Source of the DNA: Eledone cirrhosa
Lineage: Eukaryota
NCBI GenBank assembly: GCA_964016885.1
Contig: OZ024746.1
Span: 67,084,001 to 67,148,000, forward strand
Reading direction: 5' to 3'
Length of the DNA: 64,000 nt
Position numbers and translations under genes: made by a program. The notes beneath the pieces were generated by a model. The model was not told the origin of the DNA and searched no databases. It saw only the letters and a program-made list of their open reading frames with translations. This document shows positions 18,958-33,089 of this stretch, in pieces. Numbering within the stretch: the stretch's first letter is position 1; each line of letters starts with the position of its first letter.

Positions 18958-19162
18958 TAGAAAGTGAGGTTTTTTTTACAAAAGGAAAAATAACCGAGGT
19001 GTCCTTTACCGGTTTCGCAGTTCCTCTGCTTTTCAAAAGTAGAGTTAAACTCTACTCTTGAAAAGCAGAAGAACTGCGAGACCGGTAAAAGAACCAAATA
19101 AATATATAAATTTTTTTTAAATAAGACTCCAGTTGCATTTTCGATTTCATCTTTCTTCCTTA
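18958..19162 (+). mobile_element. Fold-back element with U3-A8 variant HHR on both arms
   Basis: Hairpin 19004-19090. The minus arm reads CTT-TTGAAAA-GCAG-AGGAA-CTGC-GAAA-CCGG-TA-AAG. Confidence 0.65.
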
Positions 19163-19171
19163 TATATATAT

Positions 19172-19230
<59 letters not shown>

Positions 19231-19257
19231 ATATATAATAACAATACAATATATAAT

Positions 19258-22200
19258 AACAATACAATATAATTACCTCATTACCAGAGGTTTCCCGAAT
19301 AAGACGAATATGAAAAACGTCCTCATTCGTTCGTCGGACGAGGTAATTTAAAACATAGTGAAATATTTGGAAAATCTCCTCAAGAAATGCAAAAAAATAT
19401 ATAAATAAAAGTAATGCAGGAGATATATATAAAAATATTAAAAAATTATATAAAAAAATATAAGGAAATATAGTTAGGGTATGTGTATATGTATGTATAT
19501 ACACTCACAAATGTACATATGTGTGTATGTACAAATGCATGTGTATGGTGAAAATGTGTGCGTAAGTACATATATGAGGCCAAGTATATTTGTATATATG
19601 TGACCACAAATACGTATATAATATGAGTTGAAAAAGAAATTGTATGATAATATAGTTGACACACATCCAGATACAGGTATTAAATACACATACGAGTATG
19701 AAAGCACGCGTATAAACACACACACACGCGCGATCACTTATATGCGGAAGATATAGAGGGAAGGGAGTGTAATAGTAAAAAGAAGTGTCATTCTCGATAT
19801 ATGTATAAAAATGAAATAATATATGAGAATGAAAAATGTTTTTAAATCAAAGAGAAAGTAATCAATTAACACTAGAGAAAAGAAAACAAACATAGGTACG
19901 CACGTAGATACACACATATATATAAAACAATATTTATACACACAGATACGTACAGACAAAAGCGCATGCATGCGTACATACATAACACACGAGGCACGTA
20001 TATATATATATATCGCCCCATGTATATCTAATCACACGTACGTACGCGACTATATATATATATATATATACACATATAAATACACACCCATACATACATA
20101 TACATATATACACATCTACATACACATACACATACATTCACCAGCATACACACACACGTAAAAATAAGAATGTAAAAAACATAGATATAAACACACACAC
20201 ACACACATATATTAACGTATACACACATAAGCACACTCGGACACATAGAAACAGATTATAAATCAGCCATATGAATAAATGAGTACAAATATAAAATCGG
20301 CTGCGAAACAACAGAATATATCTGTAGTGGAAAACGCAAGTGACAAGTGATATCAGGTAGTAAAAGAAAATGGGGAAGTAAAATGTGGAATGTGAAGATA
20401 TTAGGTAAGTGAATCGAAAAGTAAGGGGGGGGGGGTTACTGGTGGATGTGAAGTAAAAATAAAAATAAAATTAAGAATAAAGTTAAAAATGAAAGTAAAT
20501 CAGAAAAAAAAAGAATAAAAGATAAAAATAGTTCTAGATTCACCCAATTTGACATTGTAGATTTCTACCCGTCTATCGCTTAGACTCTTTTAGCGAAAGC
20601 CTTAAATTTCGCTAGAAAGTTTACCAATATTTCTGATATTGAAGAGAATGTCATCTTGCATGCTAGAAACACTCTACTCTTTACTGATAATGACACTTGG
20701 GTAAAAATATCTCACCCAGAGAACCCATTCGATGTCTCAATGGGCTCTTTTGACAGTGCTAATGTTTGTGATTTAGTCGGCCTATTCCTCCTACACACAC
20801 TTAAAGAAAAATTCGCTAACCATATTTTGGAGCTTTATCGCGACGATGGTCTAATACTTTCCCATACCACCATAGGCCATAACTTAGATAGATTAAGGAA
20901 AGACTTAATAAAAAATCTTCGCTAGTTTTAATCTTAAAATTACTATTGACACTAACCTTTTCAATGTTAATTTTCTAGATATAAACCTAGATTTGCCTAC
21001 TGCTTCTTATAAACCATACCATAAACCTAATGAAAATTTAAAATATATAAATAAAGGCTCTTGCCATCCTCCTATAGTTTTTAAAAACCCTATCCCTAAT
21101 ATTAGCCGTAGGATCTCCACCCTCTCTTCCTCAGAAGCTATTTTCAATAAGGCATCCCCCTACTATAATAAAGCCCTTCAAAATAGCGGATTTAGCGAAC
21201 CGATTAAGTACATACCCAACAATATTAACTCTTTTAAACATAATAATAGGAAAAGAAAAATAATCTGGTCCCCCCCCCCCCTACTCTCTAGCAGTTAAAA
21301 CTAATGTAGGCAAAAAATTCCTAGAGCTCTTAGATAAACATTTCCCTAGAACACATAGATACTATAAGATCTTCAATAGAAACTGTGTCAAAATTAGCTA
21401 CTCCTGCGGTCCCCTATTAAATCTTATATAATCAATAAAAAATCACCCAGAGAACATAAAAAATTGCTCATGTAGAGTCAAAAGTGAATGCCCATTACAA
21501 GGTAAATGCAACACCAAAGCCATTGTATATGCGGCTAAAGTGACAACCATCAGCAACAACCAACCAGCCACCAGCGAACGATATGTGGGTATGACACAAG
21601 ACAAATTCAAAACGCGTTATTACTCACAGGTCACATCTTTCCGACATCCAGAAAAAAGATTCACAGCAGCTCTGGCTAGCAGAATATGCGATTTGAAAGA
21701 CCAAGGTATCCAATATAAAATGGATTGGTCAATTTTGAACCAATCTAAAGAATATGCAAGAGGAACAAGAACATGCACACTCTGCATAAGTGAAAAATAT
21801 TGGATTTTACAGAACCTTAAATCACCAAAAACCTGCCTAAATACAAAAACAGAAATTTTCACCAGTTGCCCACACATGAAATCACACTTGCTTTCCAGCT
21901 CATATAAACTTAACTCACTTTCAGACATTGATCCTCCATAAACTCTTATTCTTCACTTTCCTTAAATTATCCTCTTTACATACTTCGCTTTCTGATTTAC
22001 TTTCATTTTTAACTTTATTCTTAATTTTATTTTTATTTTTACTTCACATCCACCAGTAGACCCCCCCCCCCTACTTTTCGATTCACTTACCTAATATCTT
22101 CACATTCCACATTTTACACGTGTGTGTGTGTTTATACGCGTGCTTTCATACTCGTATGTGTATTTAATACCTGTATCTGGATGCGTGTCAACTATATTAT

Positions 22201-22582
22201 CATATAATTTCTTTTTCAACTCATATTATATACGTATTTGTGGTCACATATTCACAAATATACTTGCCCTCATATATGTACTTACGCACACATTTTCACC
22301 ATACACATGCATTTGTACATACACACATATGTACATTTGTGAGTGTATATACATACATATACACATACCCTAACTATATTTCCTTATATTTTTTTATATA
22401 ATTTTTTTATATTTTTTTATATATCTCCTGCATTACTTTTATTTATATATTTTTTGCATTTCTTGAGGAGATTTTCCAAATATTTCACTATGTTTTAAAT
22501 TGCCTTGTCCGACGAACGAATGAGGACGTTTTTCGTATTCGTCTTATTCAGGAAACCTCTGGTAATGAGGTAATTGTATTGT
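19258..22582 (+). mobile_element. Penelope-like element (Naiad-like) with inverted terminal duplication
   Basis: Core RT+GIY-YIG at ~20545-21941. 19265-19730 and 20385-20505 are reverse complements of 22117-22575 and 21985-22115. HHR-like core at 22509-22572. Confidence 0.85.
20545..21941 (+). pseudogene. PLE reverse transcriptase plus C-terminal GIY-YIG endonuclease (5'-truncated, with stops/frameshifts)
   Basis: FDIVDFYPSI; FDVSMGSFDSANVCDLVG; YRDDGL; YKPYHKPN..YINKGSCHPP; RKRKIIW; CPLQGKC..IVYAAKV..YVGMT..FKTRY; CTLCISEK. Confidence 0.9.
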
Positions 22583-22669
22583 TTATTATACATTAAATTT
22601 TCGTCTGGTACTTACATAGAGCACTCGTCACTCCTATGACTTTTTCAATTTCCAACGGAAACTTCAATA

Positions 22670-22711
<42 letters not shown>

Positions 22712-22732
22712 TACATATATATATAGATATAG

Positions 22733-23156
22733 ATAGGTAAATATACACGGGTGTGTATGATTGTGTATAGAAGATTATATTAATAAGAGGAATTCCAACT
22801 TTGTCTGATTTACTCGTTTTATTTACAATCCTTTAAAATATATAATGGTATTATAATGAAATAATATGATAGAATATTAAATTCTAAGTGTTAATTGAAC
22901 AAGTACCTTCATGCTTTCGCAATCTTCAGGTTCATAATATGTGGTGACAGTCAAGTTTGCAATTTTCAGGTTGAAAATTGCAAACTTGACTGTCACCACA
23001 TATTATGAACCTGAAGATTGCGAAAGCATGAAGGTACTTGTTCAATTAACACTTAGAATTTAATATTCTATCATATTATTTCATTATAATACCATTATAT
23101 ATTTTAAAGGATTGTAAATAAAACGAGTAAATCAGACAAAGTTGAAATTCCTCTTA

Positions 23157-23162
<6 letters not shown>
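22733..23162 (-). mobile_element. Fold-back family B, long copy with HHR
   Basis: Near-perfect ~380-bp palindrome at 22779-23162 (apex ~22970). HHR-like TGAAC-CTGAAGA-TTGC-GAAA-GCAT-GAAG-GTAC-TT-GTTCA at 23006-23044, plus its mirror. Confidence 0.8.
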
Positions 23163-23236
<74 letters not shown>

Positions 23237-23675
23237 CGAGAGTTGTTAGTTTCGTTAAGCGTCGCGAGTCTTCCTAATGGAACTGACACCTAATATATGT
23301 AGAAATATCAATTAAATTTACTACCTTATTAACTGAATCGAGGTGTGAATCTGAAATTTACATTTATAACAGATAGATAATTAACATTTCAGATTCTTCG
23401 GCACCTCATGCTAGACCAGAGTTATTTCTATAGATAATGACTTTTTTCTCAAACTTGAGAGTATAAAGATAATTAAATAAAATTCCTTCAAACATAGATC
23501 AAGTTTGCAATCGTCCATATCATTATATTGCATTCAAAGCAACAATATTCAAATCTCTTTGATTTTCTTCAAGACAATGAAATATGATTTAATAAAAACC
23601 ACTTAAACTGTTTGGCTAGACCTTTTGGAAATAGCAACCAAATCTCACATAAAACTTACATAATCATTTTATATA

Positions 23676-23856
23676 TAATTGTTTCTAATTTTGGCACAAG
23701 ACCAGCAATTACACAGTGTCTTATGGTCCTTTATTTCATCGACCCCGTAAGGATGAAAGGCAAAGTTAACTTCCGCGGGATTTGAATTCAAACCTGAAAG
23801 GTACGTAACTATGCTGCAAATCATGGCGTCCGACCCTCTACTGATACTGCCAATCC
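23676..23856 (-). mobile_element. tRNA-derived SINE
   Basis: A-box- and B-box-like sequences and the same body as 44058-44274. Confidence 0.8.
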
Positions 23857-25587
23857 AAATAATCTTATATATGATGGCAATCATGGCATGGGAGCTGTAT
23901 TATTTACTGGTGGTGACATTTATATTGGAGTAGTTTTCATGTTTTGATGCTTCAACGATGATGATGACGATTATCATAATGCTCTACGCCCTCCACTTCT
24001 CTCTTCCTCTCCTTCATCCTTCTTTCTTCACTTATTAACATCATCATCCCATGAACAACAGCATCAGCAGTACCTATACAGAACCAGTACTAGAATCAGC
24101 AGGAACAACATTTAATGTAAGCGATATTTCAATATTATGGCAATTAAAATAAAATCTCCGCATATATTATGACTGGTCAGGTTTTCGCAGTTTTCACGCC
24201 AAATATTTCATTAAGTAATTGCAATGCGTCAGTTTCACAGCCCCTCGTTTGCCAAAATTGATTTAGATCATCCCCATATCATTATACGCAAATCATTTAC
24301 AACTTGAATGTCCTTGCATGAATAGTCATATTGATTTCTTACCACAATAAACAATACTAACTACTAATTAGCTAAGCACGTAGCTGATTGAATCGACTCA
24401 CGTAAAATATTGACGAATATCACCTTTATATTTACATAATGTGCTGAGATCTGAGGCTAAATCTCAAATCAACTTTTGATTCTTTTCCCCTGTAGTTTAC
24501 TACAATTGCTGTTTCTGATGAACTTTCGTTTCTGTATCGTTTCTCATTTTCGTCTTTCATTAAGATACTAAATATTTAAGTCCTAAGGTTTTCGTATCAT
24601 ACAAATCAAGGTATGATTTGAAGAAGGCTTAGCACTTAATTCTAGCCGATTGAACCATTATAGAAACGCTTGTGATGCAACTACACAATCGATTAAGCTG
24701 ATAGAGTTAGGATAAATTTCCTTAAATCCAAACTTAAAATTTGTCATTGTCACACGCATACGCAAATTAGATACCCATCTGATAAACTCTCGGTTCAATG
24801 ATAGTATCACGTAGGGCATGGCTAAAGTTAAAAAAGAAGACACTTTTTAGTATTTTGATTCTATACCAGGCTTATAAACATAGGATTTATCCTGCAACAA
24901 GTTTTAAATATATTTTATATAAAGCCTATTACCTGCTTTGAAGCATTTTTTTTATATTGGAACCAATTTGGAATCTAAACAGCCTCGTAATATTGCAGTC
25001 AATTACATCGCAACTCACGAAATATCGTCATAAATAAAGGAATATACATTTGGCAATAAATATCATTATATAAAAAAAAATAGAGAATGGGCTTCGTTAG
25101 AACGCCTTTGATCATTTGCTTAAGCATGACCCATCTACCTAAGACTAAACAATTACAACACATACATAAATGTTATTCAAACACACTACAATAGTCTAAC
25201 TTATCTGTCATCTCCAAATTTTTGTTCAGTCAAGTAAAGAACTCTCAGGTTAAAGTTTAATACCTTACTCGATGAAATCCTTATCTATAAATTTTGAACC
25301 TGGTGATTAGCATTTAATCTTGATTGAATTCTGGGTTGAATTCTTTACGACTTGCCACACCGTCCAAATGTTATATTAACAAGAATTATTGCAGATACCT
25401 TTAAGTAACAAATGAAATCGGCTACAAATCAGAATTATTGAGAATTGTTCAAATCACACAGATCCAAATAATAAAAAGAGGGTTAGAAATGAAAAGAAAA
25501 GAAAAGCTGATGCTACCCGCTTTACATTTTGTATGTACGGTGAAAGTAACATAACAACAATCGATGAAAGAATTGAGGTAATATAGT

Positions 25588-25720
25588 ATAATTGTTTCTA
25601 TTTTAGGCACAAGGTCAGCAATTACCCAGTGCATTACTGGTACTTTATTTTATCGACCCCGTAAGGATGAAAGGTAAAGTCAACCTCGGCGGGATTTGAA
25701 CTCAGATCGTAAAGGGAATG
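25588..25720 (-). mobile_element. tRNA-derived SINE (5'-truncated)
   Basis: Same family: B-box and 3' body. Confidence 0.8.
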
Positions 25721-27729
25721 GTAATATAGTATAATATCAGTATTATAGAGAATAACACTCAACTAAAGAACTTACCATCCACTTCAATAGTAGTAGGTAT
25801 TTTTTATTTATGTTGAACAATATAGAAAGCTAATTTCAGTCTAGGTGAAATTGAGGATGCAATTGATAAATAAACCTTCAAAAAAATACTTTAATATAAT
25901 TAATGTGACACTCACTCACCTGTATTGCTGTTGACACAAGCATTTTTAATCATATTCACAATATGTGTCTTTCGCCAAAGTGTAAATTCTGTCATGGTGA
26001 TAATCTACCAGAGTGTGATTCCCAATTTTGCTATCATCGAAATAATTACCATTATCGTTGTATAATTTATTTAAAGGGCTCGCTTTTTTCATAATATAAA
26101 TTATAATGTATACTGAACCAGAATAAACTAATAATATAAATATACACAGTACACAAGTGTTTACTTTAGTTGAAAATATTTTCGTTGCTGTTCCAACTCT
26201 CTTGGGAAATGTAGGTGTTGACTGAACTGACATTGACTGGGATGTCTGCACACTGATTGATAGCTGTTTTCATTCGCCTGGCTATTGTATGTAAATGATA
26301 CAACAGAATGTCTTGAGCAACTAGCTTCAAAGATTCATAATAATTAACTCCAGTTATCTGCGTATGTCTACTGCTTATAGCTCTGACATAACCCTGATAT
26401 ATTAATTTGTTATTCATTGTACACGTAACTATGTGTTAACGGAAACGTAAAATATAAATAAATGCTTTAATGCAGGAGTGAACTGCATTGGTTTTATAAC
26501 TGCATGCTACAAAGTTTTATACATTTTTTGTTTGTTTTTGTCTGTGTAGTTTTCGTCTTTGACATAAACTAAATGATGAGTTGCTATCTAAAATTGCAAT
26601 CAATGAAATGAAAAGGGTTAACATACTGCAGTCACTTTTCGATTCCCGCATTATAAATATAATGAATCAAAGACAAAACCAAACATGAAACAGATTCTAC
26701 ATTTAAATGGTTGATTCCTTAGTATTGACCAAGCGAACAAAATCAAGCGCATTCTCGATCATAATCATACACAAAAAGAACAAACAAAACAGATATGAAA
26801 CATCCTCTTTTGATTCCTTTCTAAATGTAAACATTGATAACTTCCAGAGGAAAATTCTTCAACTTATCAATCAATCATGTATTTAAAGAACTGTCTGATC
26901 AATAGGTTAATATTAGGTAGATTTATTGTTGCCTTCAAAAATATTCTGCCATGGAAAAATGTTTATAATCATAACAGCACGTCTTATTGTAACTAAGTCG
27001 CTGAGCCTGGGACTGGCATGGTAGATTAGACATACAAATGAGAAAATAATTCTACACTTCAAGTTAAACATGGACTGGGATATCAAGTATAGCGAGGAGA
27101 TTGTAATACGTTAAAATTGGAAACACTACACCCAGCTCACTCCTCTTTCTTCTTTCAACTAAATGATGATTTCATCTTTGTAAGAAACACCACAGACAAT
27201 GCAATACATATGAGTCGCGTAAAGAGGAAATACATTCCGTCAAATTTCATTTTTGTTTTTCATCTTCTTTTATTGGATGATAAATATCAAATTTGTAGTC
27301 AAGACCAGTAGAATTAGTCAAATAACAAACTACATATTTTCCAGCACTTCGGGGCTTCCTTGCCATTTCTATCTTCATATTTTGCCAGAGTCGTAAAATG
27401 TGATACCAACTACATATTCAATAGATCTCCCCTACAAAAATATGCTAATATCATCTTAAAATGTATATTGATTTCTTACTCAGACAGTAGGCCACAGATT
27501 CATTGGAGAAATAATAAAGTTGTATGTTGTTTACCCATTTTCCCAGGAGCATTTAGTGGATGAAATAAATTGACTTTACGATGTTCACTAACAATTCGTA
27601 TAAAAATACTTCTTAGTTTTCAGGCACATCTATTTTGTAAGTTATTTAGTCGATACCAGGATAATAACCCCAACTAAACTATAGTTGCTGATACTTCAAA
27701 ATATATATTAAAATAAGCAATTTAATGTG

Positions 27730-27917
27730 TGTGGATTGGCAGTATCGGTAGAGGGTCTGACGCTATGCTTTGCAGCAAAGAGTTACGCCCCTTTATGATT
27801 TGAGTTCAAATCCTGCCGAGGTTAACTTTGCCTTTCATCCTTACGGGGTCGATAAAATAAACTACCAGTAATGTATTGAGTAATTGCTGGCCTTGTGCCA
27901 AAAGTAGAAACAATTAT
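27730..27917 (+). mobile_element. tRNA-derived SINE
   Basis: A-box TGGCAGTATCGG, B-box GTTCAAATCC and the family 3' end. Confidence 0.8.
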
Positions 27918-27985
27918 GAGCCATTTAAAAAGAAAGTTCAGTTTTGTTCCTTAAGAAAATCTTTAGAATCTTAACAAAGCTGATT

Positions 27986-28211
27986 TAAGACACGCTAATT
28001 CCAAAAGTTTTTAAATACTTAATTTTTAAATACTTAAGTAATTTATTTCAATTTATTTCATAGCTCTACGTCATGTTCATACCAATGATATATATGGTTT
28101 TTTTTTTAGGGGGGGGGGGGGGTATGTGTCTGTTTATACATGAACACACATACATGAACATGAGGTACATATATGAAATAAAGTAAAAACTTTTGGAACT
28201 AGTGTATCTTA
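27986..28211. repeat. Degenerate fold-back/MITE
   Basis: TAAGACACGCTAATTCCAAAAGTTTTTA is inverted as TAAAAACTTTTGGAACTAGTGTATCTTA, and the internal arms also pair. Confidence 0.5.
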
Positions 28212-29691
28212 TATATATATAGGATGAGGATTGTGATTAATTTTGTATGAGTTTCTCTCTATGTATATATGGCAAATGCAACTTGAATTTTAGCTAGTAA
28301 ATAAAGTAATTTATTCTTCAATCATTTTCAAAATTCAACTTTATTTTATATTTCCAATCATCGTTCGTAACAAACATGTTTATATCGTTGTACATAGGTA
28401 ACTCGTTTTACGATCTCGTAAACTGTATCAAAATACTTAACTGCTTTATATATACTTACTATATGTTATTGCCATTGAAGTTAAATATAATAATGTAGAG
28501 TTACAGGATTACATATCATGGAATCGGACTGGATAATGGGATTAATATTATTAATGACTATTTAAATGTTTTTCGTTATTCAATGGTCTGAATACGATTC
28601 GTGTATGTATAATCTTTTACAGGCATTTATACACAGAGATAAGTATATAATGGCAATAGTGTATTTAAAATTTAATTTCATGTCTTGAAATTTTCTTATC
28701 GGATGAGCAAAGATAAATACGTGGACTGAAAGTACATGAGTTGAGCAAATGCTGATGGTTTACAAGTAGGCCGAAATGTTAATGCCAGAAATCCCCTATG
28801 GAATATATGGAATAAAGGTCACCTGCATACAGAGTAAATTGTGGAGAATGGTGAATTGTTGAAAGTGGTAAACCTAACAATTTGCTAATCGTCTCTCTTT
28901 TAAACTAAAGAACTTTGTTTGCGCTGATCTGTTTGCAGATGTACATGTTGATGTAAATTGTTATTCACTGTAGGCTGCAAATTGCAGGCATGTATTGCTC
29001 CTATTGAGAGGAAGAACCTCACCTTCATGATGTAATATAGCATATGAAACATATGAGATATTCATTGATTGGAAAACTTAAAGGTTAATTGATGAGAATT
29101 TGAACTCCGACAACTTGTAATATCGTTGCAGCCATGTAGAAAGTGCAGTAGGAGATAACTATATACGAACCGGCAATACTTTGGCCAATTACAACATTAC
29201 ATGCTTTTAAAACAACAACAAAAAATAACTTGTATAAAGTAACGCAGTATGTGCAAGTGGTAGATAAAGACTTGTTCGATATATAGCTAGCAGGGGCGGG
29301 GAAACAGCCGTTTGGTATCATCAAACCGCGCAGAGCATCGAAAATCGAATGAAACTAATCGATTTTTATCAACTATCAAAGTTACAACTTGTAACTTCTG
29401 CTGTAAAATGTATTCGGGAGGATTGATTTTACTTTTGATAAAAATCTGAAAAGTTGGCATTTGTCTGGTATGTCTGCATAAATAATTTTAATTCATGTTG
29501 CAGTGAATATTGCATTTGTTTGTATTGTGCCATCATTTATTGTTGCATACTGTATTTAAAAAAAAATGTTAAAAAATACTACAGCTAAATCATATAAAAC
29601 ATTACAAATCATGTACTAGAAAACATCTCCGAATAGCTATTCAATTATAGTACATATATGTATATATATATACATATACATATACATATAT

Positions 29692-29880
29692 ATAGGAAAA
29701 GAGTCAGGACCCCGACGTCTGAGCTCCGGCCGTTTCGACAACTAGATCCGAACAGTTATGAACTAGCTGTCGAAACGGCCAGAGCTCAGCCGTCGGGGTC
29801 ATGAACCACTCTACGACCCAAAGTATCGAGTACTCTGGTGCGTTATGGCCACTAGGTTTCTTACCATATCTTCTTTGTTA
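29692..29880 (+). mobile_element. Family A copy (diverged subfamily)
   Basis: Hairpin GACCCCGACG..GTTTCGACA / TGTCGAAAC..CGTCGGGGTC plus tail, inside (TA)n. Confidence 0.7.
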
Positions 29881-29884
29881 TATC

Positions 29885-29981
<97 letters not shown>

Positions 29982-30844
29982 GTTTGAAATTCACCAATGA
30001 CGTGTTTGCGCGATGGCAACATGAGTTGAGTGAACTAAATTAGCCCGATTGACACTCAATGATGCACGAAATGAATTCATTGTGTCATGGGGGTGGAGTG
30101 TGGAAGTGTGGACCGTCAGCAAGGAACTGAAAGACAGGAAAAGCAAACACATGTAGACATGCATGCACACAATAACACGCACACACCTCACACATGGATG
30201 CACACACACACAAAACATACATGTGTGTATATGTGTATGTGTATGTGTAGTCGCACGTGCAGGAAGCCTCGTCTGATCAGTCTGATAGCTTTTGAACTTT
30301 ATAACGAAAGCATATCTCATCATGTCTTACTGAGAAAAATCCTATTGCTTAGAGCAAGTTAAATTTTAGGAAATATATCGAAATAATCGCTTTGACAAGT
30401 TTCTGTATAGAAAGTGTAAGTAATATATTAGATACTTTGCCTGATTTGTTTTCTTTTTCGAAAAATATGTGAACAAAATGGCCTTACACTTTGTAAAATT
30501 AAGGAAATTGTATCTGTAGAAACGCATTCACTTCTCTAAACGCGGCAGAATTGAATTTTTTAGTACAAATATAAGATAATATTTGTATATTTGCTCTGCC
30601 TTTCAACGAATTAGAGATTAGGGATTCATTATTTATCACATCAATCTCAACACACTAGGAAGATTTGGGAATACTAATATCACATCCTCTCCCCCACACC
30701 ACCCATTACAAAAAGACAAAAGTAGAAAGTTGTGGTTATTGTACTTAAATTTATTGTACTTAAATTTAGTTCACAAGCACACACACACACACACACACAT
30801 ACACACACATACACACACACACACACACATACACACACACACAC

Positions 30845-30893
<49 letters not shown>

Positions 30894-31497
30894 CTCTGAT
30901 TAATGATTATTTATTTAATTCATTCATCGAGCCACATCGTTGAGGCTAGCCAACACTCATATATGTATCTATGATTATGTGTAAATATATATATGTTCTT
31001 TGTAACTTTGTTACATACACTCTTACGGTTGAGTAAATTTAGGCGGTAACTAACTGCTTCTTCTAGCATTGAACTTACAGGCCATCAGTCTAGCCTTCAC
31101 AACACGTCTATCTTGACTGCTAGCTACGTGATAATTTTCAGTCCTTTCGAATTTGTTACAGGCAGCGATCACTTAGGGAAAAATTCGGTCCTAGCTGAGG
31201 GAGTCTCTTGATAAGCTTGATGCCTCATGGATAATACAGCGATTACACATATCCACAAAGTACAAGCGAAACTGTCGGCAGTCGGAGCTAGAGGAATATT
31301 GGTAAATATTTATCTATTATTTCTTCAAACTTACATAACTCAGTTTAATTGATTACTTATTTAGTCAATTTCTACGGACTAAGAAGAAAATTAAGGTAAA
31401 TTTTATCTGCCCGTAGTTCAATCTCATATATATATATATATTTCGTTTCTGAATTTGTTTAGCAAGATTCTTTATCTGAAAACGTGTGTTGAAACCG

Positions 31498-33038
31498 ATA
31501 TTGTTATACTTTGGGAGGGTCATGTTGCCAATAAGAAACACACGCACCAGTTGCTTTCACTTCAATTTATTATAATAAATTTATAAATTTAGGATTTTAC
31601 AAATTTCCCGTTGGTTGGTTGGTTCCACAACCAGATGATTGTTTATATATTGTCAAAGTTCTTTCGTCACAATTTCTGTGACCTCTTCAGTGACTGAGGA
31701 TTATGTTCTTTGTTTTGTGCCTCCCCTTTGTTCTGTCATACGCCATCTTGTTTTTGTGTGTGTTATGTGCTTAGTTGCGCATGTGATACAACCGGGTGTC
31801 TGTGTGTGTTTATATTTGTTTATTTATTTGTTTATTTACATGTTACTGGTTGGTTGTTTGTTCTATGTGCGTGTGTGTTTTCATTTTGTCCTTAATTGTA
31901 AGTTGTGATGTTGCTGTTCCATTCATGTTTCTATTTAATTTTGGTTGAAGTTCATTTATGTTTATTGCCTCTGTGATTTGTCTAAACATTGCGTCTTTTC
32001 TGTGTGTAGATTCTATTTTTATTTCTATGTTCTCTAGCATCTTGGTAGAGTACAGATGATTCTTTACTATCTTGAAGCTCTCGCCAGTGTTCATTTATCC
32101 GTTCTCCTATACTACGAGCTGTCTCACCTATGTACACTATATTCTTATCTCTACATTGTCCTTCAGTACATCTTATGCTATATACAAGATTTCTAGTTTT
32201 ACAGTTAATATGGGGGCTTAATTTACAGATTATACATTTCTTATCTATACAGGGAGGTCTTTGAAAAGGAATGTATAATAAGAAATGTATAATCTGTAAA
32301 TTAAGCCCCCATATTAACTGTAAAACTAGAAATGTAGTATATAGCATAAGATGTACTGAAGGACAATGTAGAGATAAGAATATAGTGTACATAGGTGAGA
32401 CAGCTCGTAGTATAGTGGAACGGATAAATGAACACTGGCGAGAGCTTCAAGATAGTAAAGAATCATCTGTACTCTAACAACATACTAAAATAGAACATAA
32501 GGGTAAATTAGAGAACATAGAAATAAAAATAGAATCTACACACAGAAAAGACGCAATGTTTAGATAAATCACAGAGGCAATAAACATAAATGAACTCCAA
32601 TCAAAATTAAATAGAAAACATGAATGTAACAGCAACATCACAACTCACAATTAAGGACAAAATGAAAACACACAAGCACATAGAACAAACAACCAACCAG
32701 TAACATGTAAATAAACAAATATAAACACACACAGACACCTGGATGTAACACATGTGCAAGCTAAGCACACAACACACACAAAAACAAGATGGCGTAGGAC
32801 AGAACAAAGGAGAGGCACAAAAACAAAGAAAATAATCCACAGTCACTGAAGAGGTCACATCATGTGTGACGAAAGAACTTTGACAATATATAAGCAATCA
32901 TCTGGTTGTGGAACCAACCAACCAACGGGAAATTTGTAAATTCCTAAATTTATAAATTTATTATAATAAATTGAAGTGAAAGCAACTGGTGCGTGTGTTT
33001 CTTATTGGCAACATGACCTTCCCAAAGTATAACAATAT
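31498..33038. mobile_element. Fold-back inverted PLE pair (GIY-YIG plus HHR on each arm)
   Basis: ~750-bp arms with the apex at ~32260. GIY-YIG remnant KKCIICKLSPHINCKTRNVVYSIRC..YIGETARSI.ERINEH on both strands. HHRs at 31652-31695 (-) and 32841-32884 (+). Confidence 0.85.
32841..32884 (+). ncRNA. Hammerhead ribozyme motif
   Basis: AGTCA-CTGAAGA-G-GTCACA-TCATG-TGTGAC-GAAA-GAAC-TT-TGAC. Confidence 0.7.
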
Positions 33039-33089
33039 ATATATAGAGAGAGATTTATAAATATATATATATATATATATATTATATAT

